DNA of 64,000 bases, from the NCBI GenBank assembly GCA_964539385.1, contig CAZIJC010000002.1, positions 16,001 to 80,000 of the forward strand. The letters run 5' to 3'. The DNA is from an uncultured Anaerolineales bacterium (GTDB lineage Bacteria; Planctomycetota; Phycisphaerae; FEN-1346). The position numbers were made by a program, and so were the translations under genes. Positions 27,991-37,500 of this stretch are shown here, one piece after another. The notes under the pieces are model-generated. The model saw only the letters and a list, made by a program, of their open reading frames with translations, ran no database searches and was not told where the DNA came from. The stretch's first letter is position 1. Each line of letters begins with the position of its first letter.

Positions 27991-30900
27991 ATGACCATGC
28001 GAACGTCTCGAATCTGGCCGATGGTTGTGGTTTTGACGATGGCCGTCTTCCTGCCGATGGTGGAGGCGGTGCACGCGGCGGCGGCGGAACCGGCCGCCAA
28101 GCCTCTCTCGGCGGAGGAGGCGAAGGCCGTCCGCGAACAGAGCATCTACATCCCTTATGAGAAACTCCGCGAGGTCTTCGAGAAACAGGGCCGCGGGGTG
28201 TTCCTGCCCTACGAAAAGTTCCAGGAACTCTGGAAGGCCGCACGCGACAAGACCGCACCGCCCCCCGAGACCAAGCCACCCATCGACGCCCTCATCACCG
28301 AGGTCTCCGGCGTGGCCACCGTCTCGAAAGACGTCGTCACGGTCGAGGCCACACTGAAGTTCGAGGTCCTCAAGGAGGGCTGGAACGAGGTTCTGCTCCG
28401 CCTGCGCGACGTCGCCCTGACGAAGGCGACGCTCGGCGCCGAGCCCGCGCGCATCATCTCCGACGCCAAGGCAGGCTACAAACTCCTGGTCGAGAAGAAG
28501 GGCAAAGACCCGCAGCAGTTCACCCTGACCCTCGGCTTCGCCAAGGCCTACTCGAAGGCGCCGGGCCAGAACAGCGTCTCGTTCGAGAGTCCGCAGGCCC
28601 CGGTGAGCAAGTGGGAGGTCCGCATCCCCGAGTCGGGCGTCAAGGTGAACATCCATCCGCTCCTGGCAGCCACCGAGGTCCCGCCCGCCGCCGGCGCCGA
28701 CGCCAAGCAGACCGTTGTCCTGGCGTTCGTCGGCGCTGCGCCCACCGTCCGGATCGACTGGACGCCCAAGGCCGAGGGCGCCAAGGGCCTCGCGGCGCTG
28801 GCGAGCGTCCAGATCGAACAGCAGACGGCCATCGAAGAAGGCGTCACGCGGACCCGTGCGACGCTGGCCTACGAGATCAGCCGGGCGGAACTGGCGAGCC
28901 TCCAGGTCGAGGTCCCCGCCAACCAGAAGGTGGCCGGCGTCTTCGATCCGAACGTCCGCGAGTGGTCGGTGGAGGCCGCCGGAGGCGTCCAGAAGATCAC
29001 CGTCCAACTGTTCGAGCCCGCCAAGAAGACGCAGAACCTGACGCTCGAACTCGAAAAGTTCAGCGCCGAGCAGCCCCCCCAGGTCAAAGTGCCCGTCATC
29101 AAGGCCCTCGGCGTGGGACGCCAGCAGGGCGTGGTCGTCGTGCAGGTGGCCTCCGGCCTGCGGGCCGAGGCCGTCGCCCACGCCGGCCTCCTGCAACTCG
29201 ATGCGGCCGAACTGCCCAAGACGCTCGCCAAGGGCAAGTGGGATTTCTCCTACCGTTACGCCGCCCTGCCGTTCGACCTGACCCTCGGCGTCGAGAAGGT
29301 CCAGCCGCGCATCCTCGCCGACTCGCTCGTCGAGGCCCACCTCGGCACCGAGGCGCTGACGGTGGATTTGCTGACCGTCTATACGGTTGAGCGGGCCGGC
29401 GTGTTCCGTTTCGAGATCGACGTGCCTGAAGGCTACGACGTCCGCAGCGTGCGCGGCGCGGCCGTGGGCAAGGCCGTTCGCCCCGCCCAGGTCGAGGCCC
29501 ATCACCTGGAGGGCCCGAACAAGACGCGCCTCGTGGTGAACCTGTCGCGCAAGGCCATGGGCAAGGTGGCCCTGGCCGTCGGGCTCCACAAGACGCTGCA
29601 CGAGCCGGACCTCCTGGCCCCCACCGGCAAGGCGGCCAACATCCCGCTGGCCATCCCGCGCGTGGCGCCCGACAGCGTCCAGCGCGAGACGGGGCGCCTG
29701 GTCGTCTATGCCCCGGAGAGCCTTCGCGTCAACCCTGATAAACCGACCGGCCTGCGGACCGTTACGTTCCAGGAAGCGACCAAAGACATGCGGCGGACGC
29801 AGCGCGGCGGCGAGCGGCCCGTCCTGGCGTTCGCCTACACCGAGGAGCCGGCGTCGTTGGCCCTGGCCGCCGAACGCCGCAAGCCTCACGTCACCGTGCG
29901 GCAACTGCTGGTGGCGCGGATCGATTCGGGGGTCGTCAAGTACTCGGCCACGTTCTTCTACGACGTGCTCTACAGCGGCGTGAAGAACCTGCGGCTGGAC
30001 GTGCCGCAGGACCTCGCCGCCGACATCCGCGTCACGCCCCTGACCATTCGACATGAAACCATTGCCGAGAAGCCCGACGATCTCGCCGACGGATACGTCG
30101 CCTGGCAGTTGACCGGCGATGCGGAGTTCATGGACTCGGTCGGGGTGACACTGACGTGGGAGAAGAAGATCGAGAAACTCGACGTCGGCAAGAGCGTGAA
30201 CCTCGATATTCCGCGGCTCATCCCGCGCGACATCGACCGGGCATGGGGACAGATCGTCCTGGCCAAGGCAGAGACCATCGACGTGCAACGGGCAGAGGGC
30301 GAGGAGAAGGTCAAGGGCCTCAGGCCCATTGACCCCCAGCACGACCTGATGCCCGGCGCGGCCGTCAAGGCCGCGGCCCGGGCCTTCGAGTTCCACGAGG
30401 ACTGGGCCCTTACGGTCGTCGCCACGATGTACAAACTCGAGGACATCAAGCACACCGCCATCGAACGGGCCTTCGTCCGGATGGTCGTGACGCGAAGCGA
30501 CCTCATCAGCGTCCAGGCCCTCTACCGCGCCCGAAGCGCCCGGCAGCGGCTTCGGGTGAGGCTGCCGGCCGATTTCCACGAGTTTGACCGTGACCCGCTG
30601 CGAATCAACGGCCGCCCCGTGTCGCTTGAACACAGCGGCGACCGCACCACGTTCTTCGTGCCGCTGATCTCGCTGACACCCGACGAGCCGTTCCTGCTGG
30701 AACTGCGGTACACCGTCAAGGGCGCCGGCATGACGCTCGAGTGCCCCGTCTTTCCGGAAGAGCCCGCCGTCCAGAAAGTGTACCTGTCGGCGTGGCTGCC
30801 TGAGGAATGGGACTTCCTCGGCTCGGTCGGCCCCTGGACCGACGAGTTGTACTGGCACGTGCGTTTGGGCGACCTCGTCTGGTATCCGGCGCCTTATCGC

Positions 30901-31506
30901 AACGACGCCTCACTGCTCGAATGGGTTCGCCAGGGCATGAAGACCGAAGGCGGCGCCGAACAGAGTTTCCAGACCGACGGTCGGCAGTACCTGTTCTCGA
31001 CGCTGCGGCCCGAGGAGCCGCCCGACGGAAGCCTCCGCCTCGTCGCGATGGACAGCGACTACCTAGCCATCCTCGTATTCGTCGTCATCCTGGCGGTCGG
31101 CATCGCGCTCCTGCTGACGCCGTGGACGACGCGGTGCATCGCCGTGGGCGCCTTCATCACTCTGATGGTCCTGCTGGGCGTGTTCGCACCGACGTTTGCG
31201 GTCCAGGTAACCCGCAGCGTGATGGTTGCCGCCGTCTCCATCGTGGCGGTCATCTGGCTCCTGTGGTACCTGCTGTGGACCCGCCCGCGCGATCCGCGCA
31301 TCGGCCAGCGCAAGAAGGCCCGCCGGGCGGCCCGCGAGGCGGCGCTCGCCAGGGCCAGGGCCGCTGCGCAGCAAGCGGGCGCGCCGGCGACCAAAGCGAC
31401 GCCGGCCAAACCTCCGGCCGAGAACGTAGCGCAGACCGCCGAGGAAGGCCAGCCGCCGCCACAAGACAATGACGACGACAAGGAAGGGGGTGACGACGAT
31501 GCGTAA
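27991..31506 (+). CDS. giant secreted/membrane-anchored protein, module 1 of a triplicated family (about 1,170 aa; signal peptide, large extracytoplasmic domain, 3-4 C-terminal TM helices, acidic cytoplasmic tail)
   Basis: It has a signal peptide (MTMRTSRIWPMVVVLTMAVFLPMVEAVHAAAA) and an early IYIPYEKLREVFEKQGRGVFLPYEKFQELWKAA motif. Its C-terminus is FQTDGRQYLFSTLRPEE...LAILVFVVILAVGIALLL...ITLMVLLGVFA...VAAVSIVAVIWLLWYLLW, followed by a KKARRAAREA basic tail and then DDDKEGGDDDA. Confidence 0.6.
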   Translation: MTMRTSRIWPMVVVLTMAVFLPMVEAVHAAAAEPAAKPLSAEEAKAVREQSIYIPYEKLREVFEKQGRGVFLPYEKFQELWKAARDKTAPPPETKPPIDALITEVSGVATVSKDVVTVEATLKFEVLKEGWNEVLLRLRDVALTKATLGAEPARIISDAKAGYKLLVEKKGKDPQQFTLTLGFAKAYSKAPGQNSVSFESPQAPVSKWEVRIPESGVKVNIHPLLAATEVPPAAGADAKQTVVLAFVGAAPTVRIDWTPKAEGAKGLAALASVQIEQQTAIEEGVTRTRATLAYEISRAELASLQVEVPANQKVAGVFDPNVREWSVEAAGGVQKITVQLFEPAKKTQNLTLELEKFSAEQPPQVKVPVIKALGVGRQQGVVVVQVASGLRAEAVAHAGLLQLDAAELPKTLAKGKWDFSYRYAALPFDLTLGVEKVQPRILADSLVEAHLGTEALTVDLLTVYTVERAGVFRFEIDVPEGYDVRSVRGAAVGKAVRPAQVEAHHLEGPNKTRLVVNLSRKAMGKVALAVGLHKTLHEPDLLAPTGKAANIPLAIPRVAPDSVQRETGRLVVYAPESLRVNPDKPTGLRTVTFQEATKDMRRTQRGGERPVLAFAYTEEPASLALAAERRKPHVTVRQLLVARIDSGVVKYSATFFYDVLYSGVKNLRLDVPQDLAADIRVTPLTIRHETIAEKPDDLADGYVAWQLTGDAEFMDSVGVTLTWEKKIEKLDVGKSVNLDIPRLIPRDIDRAWGQIVLAKAETIDVQRAEGEEKVKGLRPIDPQHDLMPGAAVKAAARAFEFHEDWALTVVATMYKLEDIKHTAIERAFVRMVVTRSDLISVQALYRARSARQRLRVRLPADFHEFDRDPLRINGRPVSLEHSGDRTTFFVPLISLTPDEPFLLELRYTVKGAGMTLECPVFPEEPAVQKVYLSAWLPEEWDFLGSVGPWTDELYWHVRLGDLVWYPAPYRNDASLLEWVRQGMKTEGGAEQSFQTDGRQYLFSTLRPEEPPDGSLRLVAMDSDYLAILVFVVILAVGIALLLTPWTTRCIAVGAFITLMVLLGVFAPTFAVQVTRSVMVAAVSIVAVIWLLWYLLWTRPRDPRIGQRKKARRAAREAALARARAAAQQAGAPATKATPAKPPAENVAQTAEEGQPPPQDNDDDKEGGDDDA

Positions 31507-34500
31507 CACCATCCCCATCCTGTTGCTGGCCTTGGCAGCCCTGACGGCGCCCGCTGCGGCCGTCAACAAGCCGCCGCCGGCCAATCTGCAATCTCAAATC
31601 TCAAATCTCAGATCTGAAATCCGAGATCCGAAATCCGAGAAAACGGTCCGCGAACTGCTCGTCCCGTTCGAGGACCTCAGCGTCCTGCTCGAAGGCGATC
31701 CGAACCGCGTCCTCCTGTCGCGCGACGAGTACGAGGCGCTCCTGGAGAAGGCGAAGAAGCAGGCCGAGGCCCGCGCCCCGCGCCAGGCGCTTCTCGTTTC
31801 GGCAGACTACCAGGCCAAGGCCGGCGACGAGCGGGCCGAGATCGCCGGCACGCTCACCGTCAGTGTCCTGGAAGACGGTCTGCACGCCGTCGGCCTCGAC
31901 GTTGGAGGCGTGGGCCTGCGCGGGGCCACGCTCGACGGCAAAGGCGCCCCGGTCGGCCTCTCGGACGACGGGCGGCTCACACTGTTCGTTGAGGGCAAGG
32001 GCGAGCACAAACTCGTTCTCGACGTGGTGGCCCCGCTTCAGACCACCGCCGCCAGGCAGATCCTGAACTTCCGCCTGCCCACCCCCGCGCCGGCACGCAT
32101 GCGGCTGACCGTCCCGGGCGACGTCGAGGTCAAGTCCGGCGCGCCGGTCGTCGCGCGCGTCTTCGACGAGGCGGCCGAGGTCACGCGCATTGAAATCCTG
32201 CCGCAGCGAGGCGACGTCTCGCTCGTCATGACGCTCAACAGCCGCCTCCTGCGAAAGGACCGCATCGTCGTCGCCCGGTCGGTCTTCCTGGACGAGGTGA
32301 CGCAGGCCTACGAGCGGCTGCACGCCACCGTCTCAATGGCCGTCCTGCACCGGGCCGTCAAGGGTTTCCGGTTCGCCGTCCCGGCGGGGTTCGAGGTAAC
32401 CGACGTCCGGTCGCCGAATCTGGCGCGCTGGGCCATCGTGACCGAATCCGGCCGCCGCATCCTCGACGTCCACCTTCGCGACGAGACGACCGAGACGGTC
32501 GTCCTGAACCTGTCGGCCGTGCGGATGAAGCCGGACCTCGGGGCGTGGGCGCTGGCGAAATTCGAACCGCTCGACGTCGTCGGCCACGTGGCCGTCGTCG
32601 GCCTGGCGGTCGAGGACCGGCTGAAGGCCGAGGCCGTCTCGCCCGAGGGCCTCATCGCCATCGACACGGCAGTCCTCGTGAAGGCGCTGCCGGCCACGGT
32701 GCTGGAGGCCCGGCCGGGTGCGGCAAAGATCCGCCCGGTCGTGGCGTATTACGCGCCGCAAGCGGCGTTCGGCCTGACGGCCCGGTTCGTCAAGCCGCCC
32801 GCGCGACTGCGCGTAACGACCAACCTGCTGGTGATCCTCGAGGACGGCGGCCTGACGGTGCGCGGCGGGTTCGCCCTGGTGCCGGAGCAAGAGAAACGCT
32901 TCGCCTTCGATTTCTCCGTCCCCGCCGGATGGGACGTGACCAGCGTCACGGCCGATGGCGGCGGCGTGACGTTCGAGCGGTACGGCAAGCCCGGCCAGGA
33001 AGGACGCGTCCACGTTCGCCTGGCCCAAGGCGTGCCCGCCGCCGCGGAGCGGCAGGTGCTCTTCACGGCCGTCCACGTGCCGAAGACCTGGTTCAGCGAG
33101 TGGGCCGGGACGGCCATGGAGTTTCCGGTCTTCGCCGTCTCGGGCGCCGCCCGCGACGTGGGCGCCATCGCCGTGGACGCTCGCGACGACATGGTCGTCC
33201 GGCCCGAGGCGCTCGAGCGCCTCATGCCGCTCGATGAGAACGAGAAGACCCGCTACGGTCTCCAGGGCGTGGCCGCCGCTCTCGCCTACCGATACGACGC
33301 CCAGCCGTATCGGGCCCGCCTGACGGTCGAGCGCACCCTGCCGCGCATCACCGCCCAGACCTTCTCGTTCTTCCGGGTCGAGCGTGACGTGCTGGCAGCC
33401 CATTACGAGATCGTCTACGACGTGACGCAGGCCAGGACGCGGCGGCTGAGACTACTGCTGCCGGAAGAGACGCCCACGGCGCTCTCGATCCGCGGCCTGG
33501 GCGGCGTGGCGCTCAAGGAGTACACGAGCGAGATCGTCGGCGAGGAAGGCAGCCGGCGGCGCCGGTGGACCGCCCTTCTGGCCGAGCGCCGAAGCGGCGC
33601 CGTCCGCCTGGCGGTCGATTTCCAGCAGCGGCTCGCCGAACTCGAACCCGAGAACCTGGCCCTGCCGATCGTCGAGGCCGACGGCGTGGCGTACCAGTCG
33701 GGCCTGGTGGCCGTCGAGGGCAGCCCCGAACTCGACGTCGTCGTTACAACCGGGGCCCGGAGAGTCGACATCGGCGAACTCGTCGATGCCGAGTACCAGC
33801 CGGGCCGCCGACTCCTGGGCGCTTACGGGTTCGTCGGCAATACGGCGCCCGTCGCGGTGGCGGTGGCGCGGCATCCCACGCTGGGTCTTCCGCCGGCGAT
33901 CATCCAGCGGGCGGAGTTGGCGACGGTCCTGTCGGCCGACGGCCTGGCCCAGACATCCGCCCGGTTCCTTCTACGGACCAAGGCCCTGTTCCTCGAAGTC
34001 CGGCTGCCCGAGGACTCGACCCTGTGGTCGGCCGCCCTCGACGGCGAGCCCATCAAGCCGCAGCGCGAGGCCGAAAGCATGTTGCTGAACCTTCCGGCCG
34101 CCGCCGCCGGGGCCGTCCGCGACCTGCGCGTCGTCTACGAGACGCCGGTCGACGGGATGGCGTTCTGGAGGGGGCTCGACGTTCCGGCCCCGCGCCTGTT
34201 CCTTCACGCCGAGCCCACCGCCGAGGGTAAAGAGGTGCCGGTGGCGGACCTGGAGTGGCAACTGTTCATGCCCAGCGGCTACCGGGTGATTCGGGCCGAG
34301 GGCAGCGTCGTGACCGGCCAGGTGACGGCGCCGCCGCTGGCCGTGGCCAACGTGGCCGGCGCCTTTTACGCCGGTTCGGGCGGCGTGGATTTTGACCACG
34401 GCGCCCTGGGCCTCGTCCTGATGGGCTTCGGCGGATGCGCGATGAAGAGCGCGAAGGAGATGGCGGTCGGACGTTGGGACTCAGCGCGGGATGGTGCGGA

Positions 34501-37500
34501 TGCGCCTCGAGACTATTTCTATGGCGACGAGTCGGAGGAGGAAGCAGCCAAGACGGGGGAGGATTTGGAGATCGCCGGCGGCGCCACTTTGAGCATGAGA
34601 GAGAAAGCCTCGCGGAGCGCCCGCCCACACGGTGCCAAGGACGCCAACCGGCTTGCGATTCGGACGGGGGAGCGCAGAGCGGCCGACGAGGCGGGAACCG
34701 GGGCTAAACCCGCCGACAAACCGCCTTCCGTCGGCACAGCCCCGGCGCCGAAGACCAAACCGGAGCCGGCCGCACTCACGCCTCGCGCGCCGCCCAAGAG
34801 GCCCGTAACGCCCGCGAAGAAGGAGGATGCTGCCAAAAGGAAACTCCATCGGGCCTGGGCACTGGAGGGCGTCGCCAGCCTCAAGATCGACCTCGTCAAG
34901 ACCGGCGAGGCCGTCACGTTCCAGAGCCTCGGCACCGAGCCTCGCCTGACACTGACCGTCGTGGACGCCGGCCGCATGGAGGCGCTGGCGTGGGCGCTCG
35001 CGCTGGCGGTGCTGGTCGTCGGTCTGGCGCTGACGTCGCGGCCGGCGGCCGCCAAGGCGGCCTACGTCGTCGGCGTGGGCCTGGTGGCGACGCTCATCCC
35101 CGTCATCACGGGCCGCATCGAACTGGCGATGCTCGTCAACGGGGCGTTCTACGCGGCGTGCCTGCTGATCCTGTACTACCTGGTGGCGGGTTGTGTGCGG
35201 TGGTTCGCCGGCAAGGTGAGCGGCACGTTTGCGCCTCCGGCGACTGCGGCGGCGGGGATGGTGCTCGCCATCGCCGCAGGCGTGCTGCTGGCCGGCGGCG
35301 CATCGGCCGTCGCCGACCAGAAGGGCGCGCCGTACGTCATCCAGGTGGTGCCCCCGCCGAAGCCCGTCAAGGTGCCGGCCGACGCCATCATCCTGCCCTA
35401 CGATCCCGCCTCCAAGACGGGCATCCAGGACGCCGACCGCCTGCTCGTGCCGTACGCCAGGTACGTCGAACTGTGGAACCAAGCGTATCCCGAGAAGCCC
35501 ATCGGCAAGAAGAAACCGCCGGCGCCGTACGCGCTGGCCGGGGCGGCGCTGACGGCCACGCTCAAGGGCGAGGAGTACCTGCTCGTCGAAGGGCATATCG
35601 ACATCGACGTCTACACCGACTCCTACGCCGTCGTGCCGCTGCCGCTGGAGGGCGGTGTCCTGGCGAAGGCCGACCTGGACGGCGCTCCCGCGCGGCTGAG
35701 CGTTGCCGAGACGGCGCCCGCGCCGAACCGGAAGAAGTCGTCGAAACCGCTGCCACAGTCCTTCGTCGTGCTCTACGTTTCGGGCAAAGGGCGGCACCGT
35801 CTTGACCTGGCGGCGCGGATGCGGCTGCATCGGCGCGGCGGATGGCGCGGCGTCGAAGGGCGGCTGCCGGTCGCCCCCGCCACGGCCCTGGCGCTGACCG
35901 TCCCGGACGCCGGGACAGAGGTTCGCCTGGGCGGCGTACCGGACCGCGCCTCCTACGACACGAAGGCGGCCGGCCAGACAATCGAAACGGCCCTCGGCGC
36001 GGGCGGCTCGGTCTCCATTCAGTGGCGGCCGAAGGTCAGCGAAGGACAACTCGACCGGACCCTGACCGCCGGATCGAAGGCCGTACTGGACGTTCAGGAA
36101 GACAGCCTGCGGCTGGTGTGGTCGCTTCACCTTGAGTTCCGCCGCGGCGAGCGAGACTTCTTTACCGTCGAGGTGCCGGGCGGCTACACCGTCGAGAAGG
36201 TGGAAGGGACGAACATCCGGGGATGGGAGGCCAAGCAGGCTGGCGAGCGGCAGGAGGTGACCGTGACCCTCCTGAAACCGGCCAAGGGGTCGGAGGACTT
36301 CACGATCACCATCTGGCGACAGGCCGATGCGGGCTCCTCGCCGGTGGCGGGTGGGGAGTTCGACGCCCCGGTCGTCGGTGTAACCGGTGCGCTCAGGCAC
36401 ACGGGGCAACTCGTGATCCGTCGCAGTCCGCTCCTGGACCTTCGGACGGTCGCTACCAGCGGTGTCCGCCGCGACGATCTGCCGCCCGAACCGAAGAAAA
36501 CGGGAGGCGGCGCGGGGGCGACCGAGAGCCCCCTCGGCATCCGCCCGCAGGAGGCGTACCGTTTCGTGGCCACGCCGTTCTCGGTCCGTCTGGCGGCGGC
36601 GCCCGCCGTGGCGAAGAAATCGGCGACCGTCCAGATGATCGTGCGCGTGGCCCAGCGCGAGCGGAGCATGGAGGCCCGGGCGACGCTCACCGTCCGGAAC
36701 CGGCCGCTTTACTGGGCCCGGTTCGTCGTGCCGCCCGACTTGAAAGTGGACCGCGTGCTGGCGCCCGGCACGTTCGAGTGGGCGCTGACCGACGAGGCGG
36801 GTCGCAGGGTCCTGACGGTGTACCTGGCAAGCGGCGTGCAAGGCGCGTGCCCGATCCTTCTGCAGGGCAAACTGGGCGAGGACCGGGAAACGCTCGATAC
36901 CGCCGTGCCGCACCTGGAGGTCCTGGACGTCGATCGCCAGCAGGGCGACATCGTCGTGCAGGTGGACCCGGCGTTCGAGGTGCGGACGGAGGCCCTTGAG
37001 AACATCGAGCGGGCGCTCCTGCACCGCGCCGGCGGGTGGCTGAGCAGCGACCAGAAGACCCTGGCCGCGCTGGCCCTCCACTACACGCGTCCCGATTACG
37101 CGGGGCGGCTGGTTCTGACGGCGAAAAAGCCGGATGTCACGTGCTTCACGGTCACGAACGCGCGGGTCACCGACCGGTCGATCGACGAGACGATCCTCGT
37201 CAGTTGGACGATCCGTGGCGCCGGTGTTCGCGACGTTTCGCTGGTGCTGCCGGCGTGGATGAAGGACGCCCGCATCAGCGTGCCTCTGCTGAGGCAGAAG
37301 ACGATTACGCCGGTTGCGGATGATGCGGCGTCGGTCCGCGTGCACCTGGAACTTCAGGACGAGGTCATGGGCGAGTTGCGCGTGCTCATCGAGAACGACC
37401 GTCTGCTGGCCGGCGGGACGCACGACGCGCCGATTCCGAGAGTCGAGACCGGCCGGACCGACCGCCGCTACGTTGCCCTCGAGAGCGCCGGTCGCGATGA

